Source of the DNA: an uncultured Candidatus Saccharibacteria bacterium | GTDB lineage: Bacteria > Patescibacteriota > Minisyncoccia > Phycocordibacterales > UBA9973 | DNA length: 64,000 nucleotides | Assembly: GCA_964474435.1 (NCBI GenBank) | Contig: CAYYSI010000001.1 | Coordinates: 126,647-190,646 of the forward strand | Reading direction: 5' to 3' | In this document: positions 18,870-29,119 of the stretch, one piece after another | Position numbering within the stretch: position 1 is the stretch's first letter | Layout of the letters: the number at the start of each line of letters is the position of its first letter | Made by a program: the position numbers and the translations under genes | Notes under the pieces: generated by a model | The model's database searches: none | Told to the model about the DNA's origin: nothing | What the model saw: the letters and a program-made list of their open reading frames with translations, nothing else

Positions 18870-20636
18870 ATGACCTCCTCACAAATCCGTAAGCGTTTCC
18901 TCGATTTTTTTGCCAAGCGTGGGCATGCCATTTTGCCATCGGCTTCGCTCGTGCCCAAGAACGATCCATCAGTACTCTTTAATACTGCAGGTATGCAGCC
19001 ACTCGTCCCATACCTTATGGGCGAGAAACATCCACTGGGCAATCGTCTCGCAAGTTGTCAGAAATGCGTACGCACAGGCGATATCGATGACGTGGGTGAT
19101 GCACGCCATCTGATCTTTTTTGAAATGCTTGGCAACTGGTCACTGGGAGATTATTTCAAAGAGGACGCGATCAAGTGGAGTTACGAATTTTTAACTTCAA
19201 AAGAAGAAGGACTTGGGCTTGATCCAGCACGACTCTATGTGACTGTGTTTGAAGGCGATGCTGATGCACCACGCGATATGGAAGCAGTAGAAATCTGGAA
19301 GCAGTACATCCCAGAAAACCGTATCTACTTTTTACCAAAGAAAAATAACTGGTGGAGCGCAGGGGACAACGGACCGTGTGGACCTGATACTGAAATGTTT
19401 TATGACGTGACGGGCACGCTGGGTGACATGACACATGAGCAATATGTCGCCGCAGATGATCGCGGTGATGTTGTGGAAATATGGAATGATGTCTTCATGC
19501 AATACCTTTCAAAAGATGGAAAAGTCGTTGGGCAACTTCCACAAAAAAATATCGATACAGGGAGTGGTCTTGAACGCATCTCGATGATTGTGCAAGGGAA
19601 GTCAAATGTCTATGAAGCGGATATGTTTGCGCCGATTATAGAGCAAATTAAAAATGATTCGAAAAGCTACAATGAGCGTAGTGCTCGTATTGTTGCTGAC
19701 CATGTCAAAAGTGTTGCAATGATCATTGCAGATGGTGTACGACCAGCTAATAAGGATCAGGGATATATTGTGCGGCGACTTCTTCGTCGTGCGCTTGTGC
19801 AAGGTAGAAAAATGGGAATGACTATTGATGGCAATTTCTTTACACCACTTCTCAATATTATTTTTGATATATACAGAGATACTTCATATTTTGTATCTGA
19901 AACAGTGCCAGCATCAGGAAAAGAAGCTGATTGCGTTGGCTTTATGAGTGCTGAGGCAGATAAGTTTAGTAAAACTCTCGAATCAGGACTCAAAGAATTT
20001 GAAAAAGGTGCTGATCCATTTATCCTTGCAACAACATACGGTTTCCCAATTGAACTTACGCTCGAACTCGCACAAGAAAAGGGAATTGAGATTGATCGTG
20101 CGGCGTTTGATACACAAATGAAAGCTCATCAAGACGCATCTCGCGCAGGTGCTGAGCAAAAGTTCAAAGGGGGACTTGCAAATACGTCTGAGATCACAAC
20201 GAAGCTCCACACCGCACATCACTTGCTCCTCAAGGCATTGCAAGAAGTCGTATCTCCAGACATTCATCAAAAAGGAAGTAATATCACCGAAGAACGTCTA
20301 CGTCTCGACTTCAACTTCGATCGCAAACTCACTGATGAAGAAAAACAAAAAGTAGAAGACCTCGTCAATGAAAAGATCCAAGAGGACCTCATCGTCACCA
20401 AAAAAGAAATGCCAAAGGCAGAAGCAGAAAAAATTGGTGCAGAAATGGAATTTGGGACGACATATCCCGACATTGTATCGGTCTATATGATCCATGACGC
20501 AAACGACAAAGTATTCTCACAAGAATTTTGTGGTGGACCACACGTCACCCATACAGGCGCACTCGGCGTATTCAAAATCCAAAAAGAAGAAGCATCAAGT
20601 GCTGGTGTACGTCGTATCAAGGCAACCTTGCAATAA
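18870..20636 (+). CDS. alaS: Alanine--tRNA ligase (short form)
   Basis: FNTAGMQ, FFEMLGN, HTAHH, EFCGGPH. Confidence 0.96.
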   Translation: MTSSQIRKRFLDFFAKRGHAILPSASLVPKNDPSVLFNTAGMQPLVPYLMGEKHPLGNRLASCQKCVRTGDIDDVGDARHLIFFEMLGNWSLGDYFKEDAIKWSYEFLTSKEEGLGLDPARLYVTVFEGDADAPRDMEAVEIWKQYIPENRIYFLPKKNNWWSAGDNGPCGPDTEMFYDVTGTLGDMTHEQYVAADDRGDVVEIWNDVFMQYLSKDGKVVGQLPQKNIDTGSGLERISMIVQGKSNVYEADMFAPIIEQIKNDSKSYNERSARIVADHVKSVAMIIADGVRPANKDQGYIVRRLLRRALVQGRKMGMTIDGNFFTPLLNIIFDIYRDTSYFVSETVPASGKEADCVGFMSAEADKFSKTLESGLKEFEKGADPFILATTYGFPIELTLELAQEKGIEIDRAAFDTQMKAHQDASRAGAEQKFKGGLANTSEITTKLHTAHHLLLKALQEVVSPDIHQKGSNITEERLRLDFNFDRKLTDEEKQKVEDLVNEKIQEDLIVTKKEMPKAEAEKIGAEMEFGTTYPDIVSVYMIHDANDKVFSQEFCGGPHVTHTGALGVFKIQKEEASSAGVRRIKATLQ

Positions 20637-20679
20637 AAATTGCTCCACTATATGGAGCAATTTATTTTCTTTAAAGATC

Positions 20680-21114
20680 TTAATCTTCAACTGGCATTTT
20701 TGAATCATAATCGACGCGAAAATATATTTCGTCGCCATTGAACCCATTTCCGTTTTCACTGAAGAAAACTATTTGAGGAACTTCATTCATCAGTTTTTTT
20801 GCAAATGATTTAATATCTTCTTTTGAAGAAAATGTGAATCCATTGCTTGATAAAACTTCCTTGGAAATGATAATAGTCTTACCTTTCCCATAGTCACTGT
20901 ATACTGCTTCGTTGACTGAATGTAAAAGTAAGCATTGAATAAAAGATGGCTCAAAACCTGAATTGTGCGGGACGGTCGGAAGTTCCAAAAACCTACTAAC
21001 TTCGTTATCCTTTGTTTTAAAAAGGATCCGGGTAGAAAGCTGTTCTATAGCTAATATGACAGTTGAGATACCAGCGGCTTTAGCTCTTACTTCATCAAGA
21101 GAATATTTATTCAT
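20680..21114 (-). CDS. AT-rich hypothetical protein
   Basis: Start MNKYSL downstream of TTGACT promoter; shares hairpin 20638-20663 with alaS. Confidence 0.65.
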   Translation of the reverse strand: MNKYSLDEVRAKAAGISTVILAIEQLSTRILFKTKDNEVSRFLELPTVPHNSGFEPSFIQCLLLHSVNEAVYSDYGKGKTIIISKEVLSSNGFTFSSKEDIKSFAKKLMNEVPQIVFFSENGNGFNGDEIYFRVDYDSKMPVED

Positions 21115-21186
21115 AAAATGTGTTTTTTTGTTTGAAATGAACACTATCACTATCATTGTGTAAGTCAAGGATGCTATACTTTCTGC

Positions 21187-22353
21187 ATGACGTCTTCGAA
21201 ACAGGGCAACGTGTTTGCTGTATATGATATGAGCTCGAGCTCTGTTGCCGGAGGGCATGTGCTTGCGACACATGGCACGAACAACACCGTGTTCCTTGCT
21301 GCTGCACGCAAGAACGCGCCGCTCCAAGAAGACATGGACATGCAGCGCTTCGTCGAGGACACCTGTAAACAACTCCATGAAGTGATTACAACGATTCGCA
21401 AACAAGACCTTCATCAGCCATCCTACATCCAAGTAACCCTCGCGTCTCCGTGGTACACTTCACAGACGCGCACTATTTCGTATCAAAAAGAACTACCGTT
21501 TACTTGCACTCAAAGTCTCGTTGACTCACTCATTGATGCAGAGATCAAGCACATCCTCGCCAACGAAGAAGGCTCCTTTGGTGCATTTGGCAAAGAGTCC
21601 ATCATTGTCGAGAAACAGCTCTCGGGTATCACCCTCAACGGCTACGCAACTACTGCACCCTTTGGCAAAGAGGCGACGACACTTGAGCTCTATCTGACGA
21701 TCACCATCGCACCCAAGCCCATCCTTGATCGGTTCAAAGATGTCATCAAGCGCGAGTACGGTACACGACGCATTGGATTTACGACGAGCCCGTTTACAAC
21801 CTTTGTGGTCATGCGCGATCGTATGGATACCAACGAAGACTGTGTCGTTATCGATGTGGGCGAAGAAGTAACTGATGTCGCATTTATCAAAGGCGGCATT
21901 ATGCGCTACCAGCATTCATTTCCTGTCGGCACCTACGGCCTCTATAGGGCACTTGCAGATGAAACAACGAGTACAACTGCTGAATCAATGGCGCTCCTCG
22001 AGTCATATCGTCTCGGCAAGCTCTCGGCTCATGCAAAGGCAAAGGTTGCCGGAGCTATACAAGCATTTCAGACCAAGTGGCAGACATGGTTTCGACAGAT
22101 TCTCGACACAGGTGAATACGGTTTCGTCATGCCTTCATCATGTATCGTCACTGCAGATCCTCGCTTTGAATCACTTTTGGTAACCGCGGTCAAAAATGAT
22201 GCCTTTATCAAACATGCAACTGCTCGCGCGCCGATGACGGTCATGTTTATGGATCAAGGTACCTTTGATACACACGTGCTGCCAGCTGAAGGCATGCCAA
22301 TCGACATTCCACTTGCCACCAGCGCGCTTTTTGTTGAACAAGTTCTATATTAA
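21187..22353 (+). CDS. Divergent actin-fold FtsA/PilM-like protein
   Basis: VYDMSSSSV and VIDVGEEVTDV motifs; LNGY segment. Confidence 0.65.
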   Translation: MTSSKQGNVFAVYDMSSSSVAGGHVLATHGTNNTVFLAAARKNAPLQEDMDMQRFVEDTCKQLHEVITTIRKQDLHQPSYIQVTLASPWYTSQTRTISYQKELPFTCTQSLVDSLIDAEIKHILANEEGSFGAFGKESIIVEKQLSGITLNGYATTAPFGKEATTLELYLTITIAPKPILDRFKDVIKREYGTRRIGFTTSPFTTFVVMRDRMDTNEDCVVIDVGEEVTDVAFIKGGIMRYQHSFPVGTYGLYRALADETTSTTAESMALLESYRLGKLSAHAKAKVAGAIQAFQTKWQTWFRQILDTGEYGFVMPSSCIVTADPRFESLLVTAVKNDAFIKHATARAPMTVMFMDQGTFDTHVLPAEGMPIDIPLATSALFVEQVLY

Positions 22354-22362
22354 AATAGCTAT

Positions 22363-23631
22363 ATGAAGCTCTACGATGTTATTCGCAAAGAAAATCAGAC
22401 CAAGGGCAAACCATTGCCCGAGATTCCAAAGCTTGATCGAGAAGGCAACCATGTTCCTCATGGAGTAGTCAAACATCCGCGACCCTCACGCATTCGCCAT
22501 ATCATCACGGTCGGAGTCGCTGTCTTGTTCGTGGTACTCCTCTATATCATCGGCATGAAGGTAGTGCATGCCAAGGTCGTCATTGTCGAGCGCCGCGTCC
22601 CTTTTACACTCAATAATGTAGAGTTCGAACTCGTCCACGAAGAAGACGCCACGGGTGGAAGGCTCGCATTTCAGACAATGGTAGTGCCGACCGAAGTCTC
22701 TCGCCAAGTCTATGGTTCCCAAGTTGACCAAAGCAACACACTCGCACGCGGCAAGATCGTCATATTTAATGAATACAGCACCAAGGCACAGACCATAAAG
22801 TCCGGCACAACGATCACTGGCACGAACGGCAAGACATACAAAACTCAGGCTGCTGCAACGGTCCCTGGCTACACCACCAAGGACAAGAAAAAGGTGGCAG
22901 GTACTTCTCCTGCAATCCCAATCCTTGCCACAGCTGCAGGGGATGCGTACAACACGAGTGGTACAACCTTTACGATCGCAGGCTGGACAGGCAGCAAGGC
23001 AAAGCAGCTATACGCACAGTCATCAGGATCGATCTCAGGTGGAGGAGAGGGTGCGACACACAGCGTTTCTGATGCTGACAAGTCCGATGTCGTCGCAACG
23101 CTTCAGTCTCAGCTCATCGAGCGCCTCAAACGCGAAACTCGTGCCCAAATCCCTGATACACTCATTGCGTTTCCAGATCTCCAGGTGACGACGATCGATA
23201 GCGAATCCCTACAACTCAAAGGGACGAGCTTCAAATTCCCAGCAAGTATCAAAGGCACGATGGTGACCTACCTCATCTCTCGTGACCTCCTCGAAAGTGC
23301 GATCGCGCACGAAGCGCTCTCCGAGCATACGTATGCCAACGTCACCATCCCAAGTCTCGGAGATCTCGTCGTTGAGCCAGTAACCGCACTCCCGACTGAC
23401 CCCAAAAATATCCCCGAGACTATCAAAGTCCGGATTTCAGGCCAGGGCACTATCATTACCAAGGCGCCCGTCGAGCAAATCAAAGAATCCATTGTCGGCC
23501 GACCCAAGCATGACTTCGCACGTATCCTTGCCGAAGTACCCGAAGTCGACACTGCGCAATACCATTTTTATCCCTTTTGGGCGCCGTTTTTCCCGAACCT
23601 CGACAGTCGTATAACAATTGAAGTCAAATAA
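22363..23631 (+). CDS. Membrane-anchored baseplate-J-like domain protein (CPR-type)
   Basis: Single TM; ARGKIVIFN, G..YN, ISGG and C-terminal PFW..FP....RI. Confidence 0.6.
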   Translation: MKLYDVIRKENQTKGKPLPEIPKLDREGNHVPHGVVKHPRPSRIRHIITVGVAVLFVVLLYIIGMKVVHAKVVIVERRVPFTLNNVEFELVHEEDATGGRLAFQTMVVPTEVSRQVYGSQVDQSNTLARGKIVIFNEYSTKAQTIKSGTTITGTNGKTYKTQAAATVPGYTTKDKKKVAGTSPAIPILATAAGDAYNTSGTTFTIAGWTGSKAKQLYAQSSGSISGGGEGATHSVSDADKSDVVATLQSQLIERLKRETRAQIPDTLIAFPDLQVTTIDSESLQLKGTSFKFPASIKGTMVTYLISRDLLESAIAHEALSEHTYANVTIPSLGDLVVEPVTALPTDPKNIPETIKVRISGQGTIITKAPVEQIKESIVGRPKHDFARILAEVPEVDTAQYHFYPFWAPFFPNLDSRITIEVK

Positions 23632-23678
23632 GAGTTGACCACGGCCTTCGGCTATAGTATTATTGAAATTCGTAACCC

Positions 23679-23888
23679 ATGGCAACCACACAAGATGCAG
23701 TAAAAGCGACCGTTGCAGAAGCACTTCCAAACACTATGTTTCGAGTGACCCTTGAAAATGGGGATGTGATTGTCGCGTACCTTGCCGGCAAGATGCGTCT
23801 GCACCGCATCAAGGTATTGGTCGGGGACAACGTGGATGTCGTCATGGATCCCTATGGTGGAAAAGGACGTATTGTCAGACGGTCATAG
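23679..23888 (+). CDS. infA: Translation initiation factor IF-1
   Basis: [14 protein letters not shown]...IKVLVGD. Confidence 0.96.
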   Translation: MATTQDAVKATVAEALPNTMFRVTLENGDVIVAYLAGKMRLHRIKVLVGDNVDVVMDPYGGKGRIVRRS

Positions 23889-23941
23889 ATAGTGTATACT
23901 CTCCCGGCTACAAATTTGGGAGGACAAAACCTTTTATTTTT

Positions 23942-24052
23942 ATGAAAATCAGATCAACAGTCAAAAAAATGTGTGACAAGTGCAAGATTGTAAAACGCAA
24001 TCGTCATTTGCATGTGATCTGCGATAACCCAAAGCACAAACAGAAACAATAA
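23942..24052 (+). CDS. rpmJ: 50S ribosomal protein L36 (below ORF-track size cutoff)
   Basis: Manual translation [36 protein letters not shown]. Confidence 0.95.
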   Translation: MKIRSTVKKMCDKCKIVKRNRHLHVICDNPKHKQKQ

Positions 24053-24059
24053 GATTTAT

Positions 24060-24440
24060 ATGCGTATCCTAGGTATAACTATCCCAAACGAAAAACGTCT
24101 CGACATCGGGCTCACCACGCTCTACGGTATTGGTACTGCAACTGCAACCAAGATCCTCAAGCAAGTTGGCGTTGATCCAAGCACTAAAGGCAAGGACATC
24201 TCTATTGACCAAGAGCGAGCGATCACCAAGTCAATCGAAGAGCGCACTATCGAAGGAAACCTCAAGCGTGAGATTGCCGGAAATGTAAAGCGTCTCAAGG
24301 ACATCAAGGCATATCGTGGCATCCGTCACATGCGCCGATTGCCAGTCAAGGGTCAGCGCACCAAGACCAACTCTCGTACTGTTCGCGGCAATGTCCGCAA
24401 CACTATGGGAAGTGGTCGTCGTAAGGAAAGTAAAACATAA
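24060..24440 (+). CDS. rpsM: 30S ribosomal protein S13
   Basis: YRGIRH...LPVKGQRTKTNSRT. Confidence 0.97.
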   Translation: MRILGITIPNEKRLDIGLTTLYGIGTATATKILKQVGVDPSTKGKDISIDQERAITKSIEERTIEGNLKREIAGNVKRLKDIKAYRGIRHMRRLPVKGQRTKTNSRTVRGNVRNTMGSGRRKESKT

Positions 24441-24446
24441 TCATTT

Positions 24447-24881
24447 ATGGGAAAGAAACGAATCACAAACCAAGAAGGACAGCTCGTTGATGCAAATCGC
24501 GGTCGTGGTGGTGCTGCCCGCACTACTAAAAAGAAGCTTACGATCGGTATGCTCGCTATTGAAGCAACATTCAACAACACCAAGGCAGTCGTTAGTGATC
24601 CCAAGGGGAATGTCCTTTTTTGGTCTTCAGCTGGATCGCTCGGCTTCAAGGGTGCAAAGAAGGGAACTCCGTTTGCAGCCTCAAAGGTAGGTGAAATCCT
24701 TGCCGAAAAGGCAACCGCTGCTGGTATCAAGGAGGTCAGTGTCGTCGTTACGGGGGTTGGTTCAGGTCGCGAACCGCTCATCCGTGCGTTTATTGGAGGA
24801 GGTATTGAGCTCTTGTCGATCAAGGATCGCACACCAGTGCCACACAACGGTCCCAAGGCCAAGAAGCCTCGACGAGTCTAA
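24447..24881 (+). CDS. rpsK: 30S ribosomal protein S11
   Basis: ATFNNT, GTPFAA and TPVPHNG. Confidence 0.97.
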   Translation: MGKKRITNQEGQLVDANRGRGGAARTTKKKLTIGMLAIEATFNNTKAVVSDPKGNVLFWSSAGSLGFKGAKKGTPFAASKVGEILAEKATAAGIKEVSVVVTGVGSGREPLIRAFIGGGIELLSIKDRTPVPHNGPKAKKPRRV

Positions 24882-24895
24882 TTAATTTAAATACT

Positions 24896-25501
24896 ATGAA
24901 TGTAACTGCAAAATACAAAATGTGTCGTCGTCTCGGAACTGGTGTCTACGAAAAGTGCCAGACGCAAAAATACACGCAATCAGAAATGAAGAAGAGTAAA
25001 TCTTCTGGCAAGCGCCCAAAGCAGCTCTCTGACTACGGTCGCCAGCTCATCGAAAAGCAGAAAGTTCGATTTTCATATGGTATTTCAGAACGACAGCTCG
25101 GCAACTACGTTGAAAAGGCAGCACACATCAAGGGCATGCCTGTGACTGACAAGCTTTACGAACTCCTCGAAACTCGCCTCGACAACGTCATCTATCGTCT
25201 CGGATTTGCAAGTACACGACGCTTTGCGCGACAGCTCGCATCTCACGGCCACTTCACGGTCAATGGTACCAAGGTGACGATCCCGTCACTGGAAGTAAAG
25301 ATCGGAGACGTGATCGCAGTGCGAGAAGGTTCAAAGAAGAGTGTGATATTTGCTGACCTCAAGAAAAAGCTCGAGACGTACACTTGGCCAACCTGGCTCA
25401 AGTTTACCCCTGAGGCAATGAGTGCAGAGGTGGTTGCAAAGCCAAAAAATGACGAGCAGTTCTTGCAATTAGAAACGGTGCTTGAGTTCTATAGTCGTTA
25501 A
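24896..25501 (+). CDS. rpsD: 30S ribosomal protein S4
   Basis: QLIEKQK, LETRLDN and EFYSR. Confidence 0.97.
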   Translation: MNVTAKYKMCRRLGTGVYEKCQTQKYTQSEMKKSKSSGKRPKQLSDYGRQLIEKQKVRFSYGISERQLGNYVEKAAHIKGMPVTDKLYELLETRLDNVIYRLGFASTRRFARQLASHGHFTVNGTKVTIPSLEVKIGDVIAVREGSKKSVIFADLKKKLETYTWPTWLKFTPEAMSAEVVAKPKNDEQFLQLETVLEFYSR

Positions 25502-25552
25502 TAGGACACGGACTTGGAGAATTTACAAGTTAATGGTACAATTGATTTTCAT

Positions 25553-26554
25553 ATGAGTGAACAAAAAATAATCCTTCCATCAAAACCTAAAGCAACCTTC
25601 GAAGAAGGTAATCGTGGCGTATTTGAAATTGACGGTCTCGTTCCAGGATACGGGTACACCCTCGGCAACTCACTTCGCCGCATCATCCTTTCATCACTTT
25701 CTGGTGCTGCTATTACCTCAGTCAAAATCGATGGTGTGAGCCACGAATTCGCAACAATGGACGGTATCAAAGAAGACGTCATCACAATGCTTTTGAACCT
25801 CAAGAACGTTCGCTTTGCCCTCACGACTGACGAACCCCAAAAGGTGACTCTTTCTGCAAAAGGTCCCAAGGTAGTCACTGCTGCAGACATCAATGCAAAA
25901 GGCATGGTATCAGTTGCAAATCCTGATCAATACATCTGTGAAATCACTTCAAAGGCTGGTATCAACGCAGAGATCACTATCGAACGTGGACTCGGATTCG
26001 TTCCTCGCGAAGCACACCACAAGCAAAAGGCTGACATCGGTACGATCTTCCTCGATGCGATCTTTTCTCCTATCCGTCGCGTGAGCTACGATGTAGAAGA
26101 AATGCGTGTTGGCGACAAGACCAACTTCAACCGACTTCGTTTGACTATCGAAACTGATGGTACTATCTCTCCTCGTGAAGCACTTGAACAGTCAGTACAG
26201 ACTATGATCGAACAGCTTGCAGCGATCGTATCAGTTGATGCACAAGCCGCTATCGACGAAGTACAGTCTCGTATGACCGTCAAGGCTCCAGTGATGACTG
26301 ACTCTGCCGAAGAGTCAGGAGCAGCAGGTGCCGAAGATGATGTCGATGTGACCGATGTGCTCAAAAACCGCATCGACTCTATCGGACTCTCAACTCGTAC
26401 ATTGAACGCGCTCTCAGCGGCAAATATCCGCACTGTCGGAGGTATTGCACGCAAGCATGTCAACGACTTGCTCGAGATCGACGGCATTGGCGACAAGGGG
26501 ATTACAGAGATCAAGGAAGCACTTGCAGCCTTCGACTTGTCTTTGAAGGATTAA
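25553..26554 (+). CDS. rpoA: RNA polymerase alpha subunit
   Basis: GYGYTLGNSLRRIILSS; alpha-CTD LSTRTLNAL. Confidence 0.97.
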   Translation: MSEQKIILPSKPKATFEEGNRGVFEIDGLVPGYGYTLGNSLRRIILSSLSGAAITSVKIDGVSHEFATMDGIKEDVITMLLNLKNVRFALTTDEPQKVTLSAKGPKVVTAADINAKGMVSVANPDQYICEITSKAGINAEITIERGLGFVPREAHHKQKADIGTIFLDAIFSPIRRVSYDVEEMRVGDKTNFNRLRLTIETDGTISPREALEQSVQTMIEQLAAIVSVDAQAAIDEVQSRMTVKAPVMTDSAEESGAAGAEDDVDVTDVLKNRIDSIGLSTRTLNALSAANIRTVGGIARKHVNDLLEIDGIGDKGITEIKEALAAFDLSLKD

Positions 26555-26574
26555 TAGAGTATAAAGAGGTACTT

Positions 26575-26931
26575 ATGCGACACGCAAACAATGTGAGAAA
26601 ATTTGGACGAGAAAAGAACGGACGCATTGCGCTCATCCGTGGTTTGGCTGCGTCTCTCATCTCACATGGTCGTATCCTCACAACTGAAGCCAAGGCAAAG
26701 GAAATCCGCCCAACTGTCGAAAAGATGGTTACCAAGGCCAAGAATCCAACTCTTGCAAACCGCCGACTCCTTCTCTCAGGTCTCTACAACAACGAACTCG
26801 TTGTCTCAAAGCTTATTGATGATGTCGCGCCAAAGTATGCAGAACGAGCAGGTGGATACACTCGTATCACTAAGCTCGTTGCTCGCAAGAGCGATGGTAG
26901 CCCGATGGCAGTAATCGAATTTGTCGCATAA
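26575..26931 (+). CDS. rplQ: 50S ribosomal protein L17
   Basis: MRH, TTEAKAKE and GGYTRI. Confidence 0.97.
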   Translation: MRHANNVRKFGREKNGRIALIRGLAASLISHGRILTTEAKAKEIRPTVEKMVTKAKNPTLANRRLLLSGLYNNELVVSKLIDDVAPKYAERAGGYTRITKLVARKSDGSPMAVIEFVA

Positions 26932-26942
26932 TTTCTTGATAT

Positions 26943-27287
26943 ATGAACCACACTATTGATGCAACAAACAAATCTCTCGGTCGTGTCGCTACAGAAGTAG
27001 CAAGCATTTTGCAAGGCAAAAATGAGGCTTCATTTGCTCGCAACACAGTGTCAGAGAACACTGTCACTGTGACCAACGCTTCAAAGCTCAAAGTTGATCC
27101 ACGCAAGATGCTCGAAAAGACCTACAACTCTTTCTCTGGATATCCAGGTGGACTCAAGCAGTCAACAATGCAGCATGTGACTGATACCAAGGGATTCAAA
27201 GAAGTTTTGTCTCTCGCCATCAAAGGCATGCTCCCAAGCAACCGCCTTCGCAACGACATGATGAAGCACCTCACGATCACCGAATAA
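26943..27287 (+). CDS. rplM: 50S ribosomal protein L13 (short)
   Basis: IDA...LGRVA, SGYPGGLK and GMLP. Confidence 0.95.
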   Translation: MNHTIDATNKSLGRVATEVASILQGKNEASFARNTVSENTVTVTNASKLKVDPRKMLEKTYNSFSGYPGGLKQSTMQHVTDTKGFKEVLSLAIKGMLPSNRLRNDMMKHLTITE

Positions 27288-27299
27288 TTTAAATAATAT

Positions 27300-27701
27300 A
27301 TGGCAACTACAGCAACAAAGAAATACATCGAAACTATCGGCCGACGCAAGACTGCTACTGCTCGCGTGCGCATCACTCCTGCTACAAAGGCTAGCTACAC
27401 CATCAATGACCTCGCACTCGAAACATATTTCCCAACAGCAGAGCTCCAAAAGATCGTTACAGATCCATTCAAGGTTGCTGAGAAGGCATATGCAGTGACA
27501 GTACTCGTCAAAGGTTCTGGTATTCACTCACAGGCCGAAGCAGTACGACACGGTATCTCTCGAGGTTTGGTCAAAGAAGATGAATCTGACAAGACCAAGC
27601 TCAAATCAGAAGGCTTCCTTAAGCGTGATCCACGATCAAAGGAACGACGCAAATTCGGTCTCAAAAAGGCTCGAAAGGCGCCTCAGTGGTCAAAGCGTTA
27701 A
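27300..27701 (+). CDS. rpsI: 30S ribosomal protein S9
   Basis: GRRKTA and KKARKAPQWSKR. Confidence 0.97.
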   Translation: MATTATKKYIETIGRRKTATARVRITPATKASYTINDLALETYFPTAELQKIVTDPFKVAEKAYAVTVLVKGSGIHSQAEAVRHGISRGLVKEDESDKTKLKSEGFLKRDPRSKERRKFGLKKARKAPQWSKR

Positions 27702-27736
27702 TACTCTCAAAAGATCTCCAAAAGGAGGTTTTTTGT

Positions 27737-27765
27737 TTGACCCAGTGCATATCTTTTGCTAGTAT
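27737..27765 (+). promoter_or_regulatory. sigma70-type promoter after the rpsI terminator
   Basis: TTGACC-17-TAGTAT. Confidence 0.55.
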
Positions 27766-27776
27766 CCATTTAACAA

Positions 27777-27856
27777 GTGTTTTCGCGAAAGCGGACTAAA
27801 ACCTGAAATCTTCGAAGGATGTGCCTTTGATAGGACATAAGGTCGGTTCTTTACAC
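27777..27856 (+). ncRNA. Candidate structured RNA leader of unknown class
   Basis: GAAA-tetraloop hairpin plus nested stems closed by GTGT/ACAC. Confidence 0.35.
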
Positions 27857-28144
27857 AATAAAGATATGAACATATCAGTGTATTTATATCGAAAGGTTGA
27901 TCCAGTTACAGATCATCTAGTTCGCGAGAGGGGTGACACCCAGACCAATGGTTAAGGCCGTTAACAAGAAATTAAGAAGGTGCGCGGAGTACCAAATTAA
28001 ATTCCAAGAGGCAAATGCCCGCCGATACTTTGGGGGATAGCTGAATTTTTTTAATTCGTCTGATCTCGGTAGTAAAAACACACTTTTAAAGAGCCTGTTA
28101 TACAGGCTTTTTTTATTCCCAATTTTCAGTATAATCATGACTAT

Positions 28145-28708
28145 ATGGAAGTCACTAACGACATAGAAATGGACCCAGAGTTTGTGGAATCAAACGAAGA
28201 CGGGGATGAACTTGCCGGCTCTACGCAGGTCAAGAAACTCCAGGAGAAAATAAAGGCACTGGAGAAAGAAAAGACTGAATACCTCGATGGTTGGCAGCGT
28301 GCACGAGCGGATTACGCCAACCTTCAAAAGACTACTGACGAAGATAAAAAAAGATTTCGTGAACACTTCGCAACTCGCTTTGTCGAAGACCTCCTGCCAG
28401 TGATCGACAGCTTCAACATGGCCATGTCCAACAAAGAAGCATGGGAGAAAGTCGATCCAAACTGGCGCACAGGGGTAGAGTATATCTACGGCCAACTCAT
28501 GAACGCCCTCGGCGAACACAACCTCGAAGCCTTTGGTGAAAAGGGAGATCTCTTTGATCCCGTACTCCACGAAGCTGTCTCAGAAGTAGAGACAGGGGAC
28601 AAGCGATATGATCACCGGATTGATACAGTGCTTCAGCAAGGGTATAGACTAGGGGATACAATACTTCGTGCGGCGCGAGTAACTGTGCTCGTATATAAAG
28701 AAGCATAA
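28145..28708 (+). CDS. grpE: Nucleotide exchange factor GrpE
   Basis: QRARADYAN, FDPVLHEAV and GYRLG..ILRAARV. Confidence 0.95.
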   Translation: MEVTNDIEMDPEFVESNEDGDELAGSTQVKKLQEKIKALEKEKTEYLDGWQRARADYANLQKTTDEDKKRFREHFATRFVEDLLPVIDSFNMAMSNKEAWEKVDPNWRTGVEYIYGQLMNALGEHNLEAFGEKGDLFDPVLHEAVSEVETGDKRYDHRIDTVLQQGYRLGDTILRAARVTVLVYKEA

Positions 28709-28764
28709 TTGACTTATCCTCAATAATATGGTATTGTTTTATTGAACTTTAAAACAATTACGAA

Positions 28765-29076
28765 ATGAAAACATGTTGTGTCCTTTTTATTGCCATTATT
28801 CTTTTTTCTGCATGCCAGGAAAAAAACGTGTATGAAAGAGTTACTATCATCAGGAAGATTTCTATCGAAGAAATGCATCCGCCTCTACTACTAGCAAGAC
28901 CTCTTGCGGCTAAACAACTCCTTGATGGTTCATGTTACGTATTAGTGGAGGCTTCTGATCACTACCAGTACGTTGTTGTAAATCCAAAATGTGAATATCC
29001 TAACCGTGCCACTGTTAGGGTTTCCGTGGATACTAGTGGCAATAAATTCCCGGTGATACTTCATCGAGTGAAATAA
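28765..29076 (+). CDS. AT-rich putative lipoprotein
   Basis: Lipobox FSAC; TTGACT-17-TATTGT promoter; hairpin 29096-29120. Confidence 0.7.
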   Translation: MKTCCVLFIAIILFSACQEKNVYERVTIIRKISIEEMHPPLLLARPLAAKQLLDGSCYVLVEASDHYQYVVVNPKCEYPNRATVRVSVDTSGNKFPVILHRVK

Positions 29077-29119
29077 TTTAGTAAACAAATGTTTAAAAGC
29101 TCCTTATTTAGGGAGCTTT

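Noticed and set aside
21115-21432. Long N-terminal extension of ORF 20680..21432
   Set aside because: Overlaps the 21187 gene antisense and crosses a composition shift and promoter; the real start is likely 21114.
22363-23631. Prophage suggested by the baseplate-J-like protein
   Set aside because: No terminase, capsid, integrase or other tail genes; host-like composition.
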